Shown: in pieces, positions 8,429 to 17,167 of the stretch
Layout of the letters: each line of letters begins with the position of its first letter
Position numbering within the stretch: position 1 is the stretch's first letter
Source of the DNA: a virus
Lineage: Duplodnaviria > Caudoviricetes
Reading direction: 5' to 3' (one strand)
Virus record (IMG/VR): IMGVR_UViG_3300049015_000051
Span: 1 to 38,073 of that record
Length of the DNA: 38,073 nucleotides
The notes under the pieces: generated by a model
Told to the model about the DNA's origin: nothing
What the model saw: only the letters and a program-made list of their open reading frames with translations
The model's database searches: none
Program-made: the position numbers and the translations under genes

Positions 8429-8970
8429 CAGTTGAACAGTTAACCACATATAGAGTACAGGGCAAAGAAATTGGGCTTGTGTTCCTGTTTAAATACGATT
8501 TAAACGGCTTTATAAGGGCATGGGAAGTTAGTGAAGGCGAATTGAACGCAAAGCAAAGTTTGTGGTTGTTCGCTGTTCCTGATGGGCAAAGCTGTGCAAG
8601 GTTCCCCGCCAATGAAGCTGAATTTAAAGCACGGTGGCTTAATAATGATGATATCCTTGAAAAGTTTGATATCAGTACCCGCCCTGCAGATATATCCTTT
8701 GAAGCTTTGTGGATCTTGTATGATCACAAAGTGGCTAAACAGGATGCCATGAAATCCTTCAATAAGCTGAAGGAAGATGAAAAAATTAAATGCTTCACCG
8801 AAATTCCTTATTACTTGGATTATCTGAAACGGAATCCGGGCATTGGTAAGCTTCACCTTGCAACCTACATCAATAAAAGGCGCTTTGAAGATGAAAGGCC
8901 AGTTATTACCAGCAAGAAAAACAGCAATCCCGCACTTAGGGATTTGGCTTCACAGAAAACCATTAAATAA
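8425..8970 (+). CDS. Hypothetical protein, possibly DNA-binding or replication associated
   Basis: FEALWILY..K..KQDAMKSF..L...LATYINKRRFEDE resembles a helical phage replication-organizer motif. Confidence 0.6.
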   Translation: MTVEQLTTYRVQGKEIGLVFLFKYDLNGFIRAWEVSEGELNAKQSLWLFAVPDGQSCARFPANEAEFKARWLNNDDILEKFDISTRPADISFEALWILYDHKVAKQDAMKSFNKLKEDEKIKCFTEIPYYLDYLKRNPGIGKLHLATYINKRRFEDERPVITSKKNSNPALRDLASQKTIK

Positions 8971-8991
8971 CCTTAATCAACAGTAAACAAA

Positions 8992-10842
8992 ATGAAAAAA
9001 CCGATACAAGTATATTGGATAGATCTTTTTTGTGGTGCTGGTGGCACATCCACCGGCATCCACTTAGCATCAGAACATACAAAAGTTATTGCCTGCGTTA
9101 ATCACGATGAAAACGCAATTAAATCACATCAGGTAAATCACCCTGAAGCCGCACACTTTACAGAAGATATAAGGGATTTTGATGTTGTGCTTAAGCTTAA
9201 AAAGATCGTTGAAGATCTTCGAGCCAAAGAACCTGATTGCATAATCTCAATTTGGGCAAGCCTTGAATGCACCAATTTTTCAAGGGCAAAAGGCGGCCTG
9301 CCCCGTGATGCTGATAGCCGCACACTTGCTGAACACATGTTCATGTACCTTGAACAATTAGATCCTGAATATTTTTGGGTTGAAAATGTAGTTGAATTTA
9401 TGGGTTGGGGGCCATTAGATGAAAATGGAAAACCTGTATCTAAAACTGAAGGTAAGGATTACGTGAAATGGATTGAGAATGTAAAATCATTCGGATTCAG
9501 GTTTGATAAGAAGATCCTTAACGCTGCAGATTTTGGGGCATACCAAAGCCGTAAACGTTATTTTGCACAGTTTGCAAAGCATGGTTTGCCGATTGCATGG
9601 CCTGAACAAACACATTCAAAAGATAAAGTTGCAAGCCCTCTATTCCCAATAAAAAAATGGAAGGCTGTTCGTGATGTGCTGGATCTTGAAGATGAAGGTG
9701 AAAGTATATTCACGCGCAAAAAACCATTATCTGAAAATACCTTAAAAAGGATATTTGCCGGACTTCAAAAATTTGCTTCTGTAGGTGAACCTGTCTTTAC
9801 AAAAAGATACAACGGTGGCAAAACCAATCCTGAACATAAAGTAAATAGCATTGATAAACCAATTGGCACCATATTATCAAATTGCACCCATGCCCTTGTA
9901 AATAGCGTTTTTCTTAAGAAATATTATTCAGGCCGCCCTGAAGGCAAAGTAATTGGTGTGGATGGCCCTGCAGGAACTTTACGCTGCAGCGATGGGCAGG
10001 CATTAGTTACCGCATCGCACTTCTTATTTCAATCTTATGGTGGTGAACCTTCAGCAAAAGTTTACAGCCCCGATGCACCTGGCAGAACCATTACAGCAGG
10101 TGATAATAATTCCATTGTATCTGCTGTTCACTTCATTGCCCAACGCAATACAGGCGATCCAAGTTCAAGGGTTGTGGATCCTGATGGCCCTGCACGAACA
10201 TTAACAGCAACAGGCGGCAATCAGGAAGTTGTTACTGCTACCCATTTAAGCACTTATTATGGCAGCTTTGGATTGCACGATATAAACAATCCTGCACCAA
10301 CAGTACCAACTAAAGACAGGATAACCAAAGTAGATGTTCAATTCATAATGAATCAATTTTCAGGTGGTGGGCAACATACTGATATCAATAATCCTGCAGG
10401 TACAATTACTGTAATTCCAAAGGGCAACCTGATCACCGCAAACAGCTTCTTATTTAATCCGGGTTGGGGCGGACATAGCACCAATGTTAATGAACCAAGC
10501 GGCACGGTAGTAGCAAGCCAGCACAAAGCACCCCTGCACGTGGTACAGGCTGAAAAATCTGAAACTTTTGTCATTATTCTGATATACGATACCGACAGCC
10601 CAACAATGGTTAAAATAAAGGAATTTATGTGCCTTCATGGCATCCTTGATATTAAGATGCGAATGTTGAAGATTGAAGAACTTTTACAGATCCAAGGCTT
10701 CCCGAAAACTTACAAGCTTATTGGCACCAAAACCCAACAAAAAAAATATATCGGTAATGCTGTTGAAGTTACACAAGCCAAAGCTTTGAGCAAATCCCAC
10801 ATTGAAGCCTTAATTGATCATTTTAATAAAGTAGCAGCCTAA
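8992..10842 (+). CDS. Large DNA (cytosine-5) methyltransferase with repeated TRD-like region
   Basis: DLFCGAGG, SLECTNFS (catalytic Cys), ENV, QSRKR, IQGFP and IGNAV motifs; ~250-aa repeat insert in the variable region. Confidence 0.92.
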   Translation: MKKPIQVYWIDLFCGAGGTSTGIHLASEHTKVIACVNHDENAIKSHQVNHPEAAHFTEDIRDFDVVLKLKKIVEDLRAKEPDCIISIWASLECTNFSRAKGGLPRDADSRTLAEHMFMYLEQLDPEYFWVENVVEFMGWGPLDENGKPVSKTEGKDYVKWIENVKSFGFRFDKKILNAADFGAYQSRKRYFAQFAKHGLPIAWPEQTHSKDKVASPLFPIKKWKAVRDVLDLEDEGESIFTRKKPLSENTLKRIFAGLQKFASVGEPVFTKRYNGGKTNPEHKVNSIDKPIGTILSNCTHALVNSVFLKKYYSGRPEGKVIGVDGPAGTLRCSDGQALVTASHFLFQSYGGEPSAKVYSPDAPGRTITAGDNNSIVSAVHFIAQRNTGDPSSRVVDPDGPARTLTATGGNQEVVTATHLSTYYGSFGLHDINNPAPTVPTKDRITKVDVQFIMNQFSGGGQHTDINNPAGTITVIPKGNLITANSFLFNPGWGGHSTNVNEPSGTVVASQHKAPLHVVQAEKSETFVIILIYDTDSPTMVKIKEFMCLHGILDIKMRMLKIEELLQIQGFPKTYKLIGTKTQQKKYIGNAVEVTQAKALSKSHIEALIDHFNKVAA

Positions 10843-11264
10843 TGAAAATACTTCACCTTACAGTTACAAAAAAATGGTTTGATCTGATGATCACGGGTGA
10901 AAAGGATAAGGAGTTCAGAAAGCCTTCACCGTGGATCTTATCAAGGCTATGGGATAAGCAACCTGAAAGCACTATTGCAAAAAAGGTATATAAAGAAAAG
11001 CAATATGATGCTGTAAAGTTCACCAATGGTTATGGAAGTAATATGCCGTATTTCATTGCACATTATAAAGGCTTCACAGAATCTAAAACCGCTTATCCTG
11101 CCATTTATTCTGATGGATCATTAGTGAAGGTGGAAAAAGGTGATATCATCATAAAATTGGGTGATATCATCGAAAAGGGCAACATTGATAACATTTGCCA
11201 ATGTTCTGTGAGTATCGAAACAAATGAAGGCACCTGTGAATATTGCGGGGGCATTATTGACTAA
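10842..11264 (+). CDS. ASCH/PUA-like domain protein with C-terminal Cys cluster
   Basis: LHLTVTKKWFDLMITGEKDKEFR matches the ASCH GxKxxExR motif; FTNGY; CQC...CEYC tail. Confidence 0.8.
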   Translation: MKILHLTVTKKWFDLMITGEKDKEFRKPSPWILSRLWDKQPESTIAKKVYKEKQYDAVKFTNGYGSNMPYFIAHYKGFTESKTAYPAIYSDGSLVKVEKGDIIIKLGDIIEKGNIDNICQCSVSIETNEGTCEYCGGIID

Positions 11265-11274
11265 AAATAAAAAT

Positions 11275-11469
11275 ATGACATCACAAATAGAAAATAGTAA
11301 GGCTTATAAGCAGCTTCATCCGTTTCAACAAAAATTAGTTTTGAAACGTGATAATAGAAAACAAGTTGAGGATGCAATAATAATAGCACGCACGATTGGT
11401 TATGCTAATTGGGCTGCAAGTTCTCCTATGTCGCATTCGTGGCGGGAGATCGTAAAAGAATTGGTATGA
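11275..11469 (+). CDS. Hypothetical protein
   Basis: ATG 11275 after an A-rich leader; fills the gap in the operon. Confidence 0.55.
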   Translation: MTSQIENSKAYKQLHPFQQKLVLKRDNRKQVEDAIIIARTIGYANWAASSPMSHSWREIVKELV

Positions 11470-11816
11470 TGGTGTTAAGTAAAGATTCATTAGATACATT
11501 GTATCACGGGGTTGATTATCTTCAGGAAGCTGTACGCAGGGCACACGATGAATTGCGGCATAAACAGGATGAAGCATTGAAGTTGCTTATTAAGGATCGC
11601 CTTGCAGATTTAGGGCATATTTTTCAAGATGATAGCCATTTTTTTGACTTTGTAAAAGTGCGGTTAAGAAGAATCGAATTTGAAGGTGATCCGGGCAGTT
11701 ATCAAATTAGGCTTGATTTTATAGATGCAAAAGAGCCTGGTATTCTTTTGGCAACATTTTCAACTAAGATCACAATGGAAGGTAATGGTGGCAACATAAC
11801 ATTTACCATTGGATAA
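11466..11816 (+). CDS. Hypothetical protein
   Basis: ATGA-coupled to the previous ORF. Confidence 0.6.
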   Translation: MMVLSKDSLDTLYHGVDYLQEAVRRAHDELRHKQDEALKLLIKDRLADLGHIFQDDSHFFDFVKVRLRRIEFEGDPGSYQIRLDFIDAKEPGILLATFSTKITMEGNGGNITFTIG

Positions 11817-11852
11817 AAATCCTTAGTTTTGTCCTACAATTAATTAAAAAAT

Positions 11853-12191
11853 ATGGTATTAGCAGTTTACACTTCACCTGAAGTTATTGCATTAGATAAT
11901 GAAGTTAAATCAATAAGGGATGCTTTTGCACGTGGAAAGATCCAGTTTCATCATTGGGGATTTACAGATACATCTTCAGATAATAATTCAGAAGAACGTG
12001 AAGAAGGGATTTCAACAATATTGAGGTTTACAATAAAGAATGATCGTGTAACGCCATTTGCAAATGATGAAGAAATACATGATATGTTTATGATACTTCT
12101 TCAGGAAGGAACAATTTTTCAAGCGGTTTTTACATCAAATCAAAACAATCAAAGGCTTATTTCAATAACATTTAACTGGAATCAAGGATGA
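11853..12191 (+). CDS. Hypothetical protein (moron gene 1)
   Basis: Preceded by TAGTTTTG (11824-11831), a consensus -7 element, and an A-rich leader. Confidence 0.65.
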   Translation: MVLAVYTSPEVIALDNEVKSIRDAFARGKIQFHHWGFTDTSSDNNSEEREEGISTILRFTIKNDRVTPFANDEEIHDMFMILLQEGTIFQAVFTSNQNNQRLISITFNWNQG

Positions 12192-12784
12192 AAAAATTAT
12201 TACTCACAGCGTTTTTGATGCTGGCCATGGCGGCACAGGCACAGGATCCGATTGCTGAAGCAAAGCAGGCAATTGAAAAAGAAGATACTTATACTGCCCA
12301 AAAGAAATTGGATGCAGTTTTAAAGGATAGCCCGGATAATGCTGAAGCCAATTTCCTGATGGCGAAATCCTATACCATTAAAAGGAACTTTGCCCAATCA
12401 AGGAAATACATTGATAAGGCCATTGCCTTAGATCCGGCAAACGTTGCTTACAGGAAGTTAAGGATCAATAGCCTTAATTCATCATCAAGCAATCAGGATC
12501 TGCAGAACGTTATTGCAGATCTTCAGTACCTGATCAGCACAGGTGATAAAAGGGCTGTTATTTACTCAACTTTGGCAACTGCAGAAAAGGAACTTGGAAA
12601 TAACATCTTCAGGTTTACAGAAAATAAATCAGCAGATACTTATAAAGAAGCTGCTTTACATTTTGAAAATTCAAAGGCGGCCTATGGCAAAGCGATTGAA
12701 GCCGATCAGGCAAGCAAAGCCAAGTTTGAATATGAGATCAAGCAATTAGATCTTAGTATTTCGGAAGTCAAAAAGATGATATAA
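12188..12784 (+). CDS. Exported tetratricopeptide-repeat protein (moron gene 2)
   Basis: Sec signal MKKLLLTAFLMLAMAAQA|Q and TPR patterns (PDNAEANFLMA...KAIALDP). Confidence 0.8.
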   Translation: MKKLLLTAFLMLAMAAQAQDPIAEAKQAIEKEDTYTAQKKLDAVLKDSPDNAEANFLMAKSYTIKRNFAQSRKYIDKAIALDPANVAYRKLRINSLNSSSSNQDLQNVIADLQYLISTGDKRAVIYSTLATAEKELGNNIFRFTENKSADTYKEAALHFENSKAAYGKAIEADQASKAKFEYEIKQLDLSISEVKKMI

Positions 12785-12786
12785 CT

Positions 12787-12821
12787 AAAAAGCCCTGCAA
12801 GATCTGCAGGGCTTTTTTTTT
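12787..12821. terminator. Strong bidirectional-type intrinsic terminator
   Basis: AAAAAGCCCTGCA-agatc-TGCAGGGCTTTTTTTT. Confidence 0.9.
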
Positions 12822-12905
12822 GGGATTTACTTGGGTTATTCTTAACCTTTTATAAGTAGGAAAATCGCCTTGACTTGAATTGGCAAACTTTATATTTTTG
12901 CTACT

Positions 12906-13085
12906 ATGTCAAGGGATAAACAACTACAGGACAAAAAAAAGAGTGAAGTGCGCCAGTATTTCAGCAAACTTGATACCATTCAGGAATATGGTGTTAAAAA
13001 ACATACAACGGCTTGGTGCATTGCAAAAACTGCAGAAGCGTTTTTTTTAAGGCCGAAAACAATCGAAACTTACATTTATTCCTAA
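12906..13085 (+). CDS. Small Mor/C-like transcription regulator (59 aa), not in ORF track
   Basis: MSRDKQLQDKKKSEVRQYFSKLDTIQEYGVKKHTTAWCIAKTAEAFFLRPKTIETYIYS has a C-terminal HTH-like segment; TATTTTTG -7 element at 12893-12900. Confidence 0.7.
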   Translation: MSRDKQLQDKKKSEVRQYFSKLDTIQEYGVKKHTTAWCIAKTAEAFFLRPKTIETYIYS

Positions 13086-13618
13086 AGATCAAAAAGCTGT
13101 TCGCGCACAGGCGCTGGTACAGTTGCAACTTCATTTTCAATATCCATATTTTCAAATTGCGTGCTTTCAAACTTCTTCAGGGCTGAACTATCAGTACAAT
13201 TAAATTCATAGCGTTGCACATATAAAAGATTTGCTGTACCCGTTTCAACCGGGTTGAAGCCTTTTCTTGTCATATCGCTGTAATAGTTGCCGCTGGATCC
13301 GTGAAAGCACGCATGTACTTTGGTTAACAGATCAAGGAACTGCAGCGCGTGTGCCTGTTTTTTGCTTCCACGTGCAGTATCGGCAAACGTTTCATAAAAA
13401 AGGTAGATATCAACCTGCATCCTTATTTGCTGTATTCCTTCTGCCTGATCATCGGCCTGCAGGATCCTATAAGCAAAAAACAAAGCAGGTGCCCTGAAGG
13501 GATGTTCTTCAGCCATAAAGGATATCTGTTCAGCCCAAAGATCCACGTGCTTTATTTCTGCTATTTCTGCAGTTACTTTTTGTTCCTGTTCCAGGTATAG
13601 ATCCTTTAAATTTTCCAT
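13082..13618 (-). CDS. Putative neck/tail-completion protein (Mu gp37-like)
   Basis: IKHVDLW..Q...PF..PALFF and position after the virion morphogenesis gene. Confidence 0.55.
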   Translation of the reverse strand: MENLKDLYLEQEQKVTAEIAEIKHVDLWAEQISFMAEEHPFRAPALFFAYRILQADDQAEGIQQIRMQVDIYLFYETFADTARGSKKQAHALQFLDLLTKVHACFHGSSGNYYSDMTRKGFNPVETGTANLLYVQRYEFNCTDSSALKKFESTQFENMDIENEVATVPAPVREQLFDL

Positions 13619-13632
13619 CGTTTAATTACTGT

Positions 13633-14145
13633 TTAAATTGCCTTAAAACGTTCTGCAATCATGTTGAAGAACTTATCTTCAATAATCTTCATAAATGCCT
13701 GTGAATCGCCCATAAATTGCCTTTTAGGCATTGTAAAGGTGAAGTGGCTTTTTTTGGTAAGTGCCATCAGCTTATATTTTTCATTCCGGGTGCGCTTGTA
13801 CATATACCAAAACCATTTTTTCATTTTAGGTGTAACAGGAATATTTACAACTCCACCTTCATTGTGTATGGCTGCATACTTTGCCGTTGCCGTTGCCACT
13901 ATGCGCTTATCATTGGCTTCTGTAATACTTATTGAATCACGCAAAGCGGCTGATTTTACCAATATAGCCCGCCCTGCATCATCATTATTTTTCCTTTGTT
14001 GCCAAGGCGTGAAGGATGTATCAGTAAATCCCTGTTTTTCAAAGTTGCCCACGATAAAGTTGATCATTTCAACTTCAGCAATGGTTTGCGCATCCGCAAT
14101 AAGTTGGCGGGCAATTGCATGAAAATCAGGAATATTGTTTGACAT
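13633..14145 (-). CDS. Phage virion morphogenesis protein (Mu gpG-like)
   Basis: ILVKSAALRDSI, YAAIHNEGG and MPKRQFMGDS motifs; start taken at MSNNIP. Confidence 0.85.
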   Translation of the reverse strand: MSNNIPDFHAIARQLIADAQTIAEVEMINFIVGNFEKQGFTDTSFTPWQQRKNNDDAGRAILVKSAALRDSISITEANDKRIVATATAKYAAIHNEGGVVNIPVTPKMKKWFWYMYKRTRNEKYKLMALTKKSHFTFTMPKRQFMGDSQAFMKIIEDKFFNMIAERFKAI

Positions 14146-14166
14146 GTTATTTTTTTTATATATTTG

Positions 14167-14240
14167 CAGAGCGATGCGGGATATAATGCCCAAACCGCTA
14201 CCTAAAAGCCACTTCTTACGATGTGGCTTTTAGCTTTTCT
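14167..14240 (+). ncRNA. Candidate two-hairpin small RNA antisense to the muF 3' end
   Basis: Upstream TTG/TTTG (14135-41) and TATATTTG (14159-66); an imperfect hairpin AGCGATGCGGG...CCCAAACCGCT; then an 11-bp stem CTAAAAGCCAC/GTGGCTTTTAG and a T-rich tail. Confidence 0.45.
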
Positions 14241-15472
14241 AAGGTTTGCCTAAAATCATCTTTAAGGATATCTTCACGGCTAATGCTCACAGCCTTATTT
14301 TTATAAATGAAGATCAGATTTTTAATGGTTTTCCTGCGATCTTCAGTAATATCACCCTTTATCCTTCTGTACAGATCCTGAATTTCAAGATCCTTTATAC
14401 CATCAAGATTGAAAACAACGTTGGTTGCCCCTTGTTTCTTTGCCGAATCCAAGCCGCCCAATACGCCCCTGTAACCGTTTATTTCCTTAAGATCTGCAAG
14501 TTCATCATCAATAAGCAATTCAGGGTTTTTAACGCCCTGTGTTTTCACGTGCGGGCGTATCTTCACATCATGCTTCAGGTTATCCACAATTATCTTTCCT
14601 GCTTTAAGGTTGCTCATAAAATCTTTGTTATCTGCCCAAATTGAGCCTTCAAGATTTCCCTTTTTACCTTCATGCAGCACTTCATAAGCAGGTTCTGCAA
14701 CCTTCATCTGTTCAAAGCCTTCACGCACCTTCTTTGCTTCTTCACGTGGAATTAAAAAGTAAGGATGATCTTCATTAAAAGCTTTGCCCGATTTAGCCAC
14801 ATTGTTATGGAAGCCCATTTGTGGATTGCCTTCAGGCGTTCCCTTTGTGGCTGCTTGGCTTGTCTGTTCCACATAGCACCTGCAGTTATGCCCGTTTGGC
14901 GGGTACCATTTATCCCAAAAAGGATCATTAACAGGCTTGATGATATCTTCCATCTGCTTATGATCATCACGCACCCGATCATCTTTTGCCGTTTTATACT
15001 TCAGGTTTGGGTAAAGCCTTGCCTGTGATTCATACTTTGCCCACTTGGCAGCCATTGCCCCGGATCGCAAAGCTGTATTGTATTCTGTACGCAGGTAATT
15101 AAGGTTATATTCATTGTTGATCTTCAATGCCTGTTCCTTAAATTCCTGCCATGATCGCGGATTGCCATCATCACCTTGCAGCAAAAAGTTAAGCTTTGCC
15201 ATCTGTTGATATGTCTTAGCACCCGAAAACTTATAAAGGTTCTGTTTTAGATCCAGGATGCGCTTTGCATTATCATCGGTGTACTTGAAGAAGCCTTTTC
15301 CAAAGCCTGAAGCCATTCCTGTGCTTAGTTCGCTGTAAATTTCCTTTACAAGCCCCGCATTGAGATCTTCAGGCTTTATTTTACCATCGTGCAGATCCTT
15401 TGCCACTTTTTCGATAAGCTTCGTGAATTGGCTTATATCAATGGCCTGTGGATTCTGATGATCATCACACAT
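14216..15472 (-). CDS. MuF/SPP1 gp7 head morphogenesis protein with C-terminal CdiA-type nuclease-like extension
   Basis: NYLRTEY, DDRVRDDH and YPPNGHNCRC MuF motifs; the C-terminus KNPELLIDDELADLK...SAKKQGATNVVFNL is PD-(D/E)xK/CdiA_C-like. Confidence 0.85.
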   Translation of the reverse strand: MCDDHQNPQAIDISQFTKLIEKVAKDLHDGKIKPEDLNAGLVKEIYSELSTGMASGFGKGFFKYTDDNAKRILDLKQNLYKFSGAKTYQQMAKLNFLLQGDDGNPRSWQEFKEQALKINNEYNLNYLRTEYNTALRSGAMAAKWAKYESQARLYPNLKYKTAKDDRVRDDHKQMEDIIKPVNDPFWDKWYPPNGHNCRCYVEQTSQAATKGTPEGNPQMGFHNNVAKSGKAFNEDHPYFLIPREEAKKVREGFEQMKVAEPAYEVLHEGKKGNLEGSIWADNKDFMSNLKAGKIIVDNLKHDVKIRPHVKTQGVKNPELLIDDELADLKEINGYRGVLGGLDSAKKQGATNVVFNLDGIKDLEIQDLYRRIKGDITEDRRKTIKNLIFIYKNKAVSISREDILKDDFRQTLEKLKATS

Positions 15473-15497
15473 CTTTTCATAATGTGCAAAGATCTCA

Positions 15498-16748
15498 CTA
15501 AAGCTGTAAGCGCCTAAATCTTGCTTCGATCTGCTTTTTTTTTTGCTCCTGTTCCTTAGCAGGATCAGAAGGCTGTTCTTCAGGCTGTGTGTACTTCAGC
15601 CCCTTGATCGGGATGCCAGTTTTTTCCGTGATGTAAGCATAATCAACTTCATAACCTGCATTTGAAAGCGTGGCAATACTATCAACCAATTCCTTTGGCG
15701 ATAACTCTTTGCTTTCATCCCAATCGAACTTATATTTTGTGATACCGGCATAGGCTGGGCTGATCATTTCCAAACGCCAAAACAATTCCTTATTAATAAG
15801 GTACCTGATATCGGTTTTATCGCTGTTGTGCCTATCTTCAGCAACATCCTGAAATACTTTTAAAGATCCGTATGTTCCGGATGCGCTTCCATCGGTGGTA
15901 CCATCCTGCCCAAGCACCCTTTTACTGATCTTGGAATCACGATGTGCAATAAGGCGATCAAAGATTTCTGCAGATGTGGTGCCGTTTGTCTGAAGCACTT
16001 CAATCTTTTCATCTCCCTGAAGAACCGCCCAATGATTGTTAACCATTGCCGCCATCATGTTTGCAAGTTCCTGCTGTCTGGTATCTGAATAGCTGCTTGT
16101 GGTTACAGATCTCATTGGGATGCCGTAACGTTCCACAAATTCATCATAACAAGCTTCAGCAAACCTTTTGCTTAGAACATCAGGCGCAACACTTTTAAGG
16201 ATTCCAAGATCCCTGTTTTTTCGCACCTGGATATAATAAGGCTTCAATGGCCCTTCTTTATAGTCATAGCCAATTTCATCCCCAACTTCACGCACAATGA
16301 TGCCTTTATCCGGCAACACGTTTTCAGGATCTATTTGATTGGCTGCAGCCAGTTCCATTGTTTCAGGATCAAGATCCCAAAGTTCAATTACTGTTGTGCC
16401 TATAAATTTAGCTTTCATTGCATGGTACAGGAAGCTATCAAACCAAGGCTGTTCAAACAGCTTCATCATATCAGCGTTATCCTTGCCTGATTCATCCACG
16501 ATCTTGAATTTTGATCCCTGAATTTTCAAGATCCTGCTTTCCATTACAGATCCCAAATGCCCATCCATTTCTATACTGTCATAGATAGCCAATAAGGGTG
16601 CCCGTTGTGGGCTTTCACCCAATTGCGCCAACGAAAGCGCTTCCTTCCAAGTCTTAATGCTTTGGGCAGATAACACTTTGCTTTTAGGCAGTATCACGCC
16701 CGAGGGCCTGTTACTGTAGCTTTTGCCAATTTTACTGTTTTGCGCCAT
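15498..16748 (-). CDS. Portal protein (DUF935/Mu gp29-like)
   Basis: DGHLGSV, FVERYGIP and ISKRVLGQDGTT motifs; lies between gp36-like and muF. Confidence 0.85.
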   Translation of the reverse strand: MAQNSKIGKSYSNRPSGVILPKSKVLSAQSIKTWKEALSLAQLGESPQRAPLLAIYDSIEMDGHLGSVMESRILKIQGSKFKIVDESGKDNADMMKLFEQPWFDSFLYHAMKAKFIGTTVIELWDLDPETMELAAANQIDPENVLPDKGIIVREVGDEIGYDYKEGPLKPYYIQVRKNRDLGILKSVAPDVLSKRFAEACYDEFVERYGIPMRSVTTSSYSDTRQQELANMMAAMVNNHWAVLQGDEKIEVLQTNGTTSAEIFDRLIAHRDSKISKRVLGQDGTTDGSASGTYGSLKVFQDVAEDRHNSDKTDIRYLINKELFWRLEMISPAYAGITKYKFDWDESKELSPKELVDSIATLSNAGYEVDYAYITEKTGIPIKGLKYTQPEEQPSDPAKEQEQKKKQIEARFRRLQL

Positions 16749-16750
16749 GG

Positions 16751-17167
16751 TTAAAATAAATGATCATCGTTATTACTGTTGCCCCAAAGAACTTCCTGCC
16801 TGATAGGAATATCAAGTAATGGAAGCCCCGGATTTTCATTTCCATCCCTTACATCATCCAGCCACTTCATTGCTTCTTTATAATCATCTGCTGCATCAGT
16901 TGGCACTTTTCGGGCTGCATTTCGCCTGATGGCCCTGTAAGTAACTATTGATGTAAGCGCACTTACTATAAGATCTTTTCCTTCATAATCCTGATCTGAA
17001 AAGATTACGTTCACATCATAAGTGTTCCGCAATTTGCTTTTTATAGTGGCTATTGATTGCGCTTCAATTTTATCAAGGGCTTCAAGATCTTCCTGTACAC
17101 TTTCATCAATGTACACATCAAATAGGCGGGTTTCTAAATCCGCACGGGTTAAAAATTGTAATGCCAT
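16751..17167 (-). CDS. Mu gp36/DUF1320-like head-tail connector
   Basis: FLTRADL, YDVNVIF and YKEAMKWLDDVRDG..NPGLP motifs. Confidence 0.8.
   Translation of the reverse strand: MALQFLTRADLETRLFDVYIDESVQEDLEALDKIEAQSIATIKSKLRNTYDVNVIFSDQDYEGKDLIVSALTSIVTYRAIRRNAARKVPTDAADDYKEAMKWLDDVRDGNENPGLPLLDIPIRQEVLWGNSNNDDHLF

Noticed and set aside
13661-14644. Plus-strand ORFs 13661..14122 and 14246..14644 as MuF immunity genes
   Set aside because: They are antisense shadows of well-supported genes, and the second lies behind a terminator-like hairpin.
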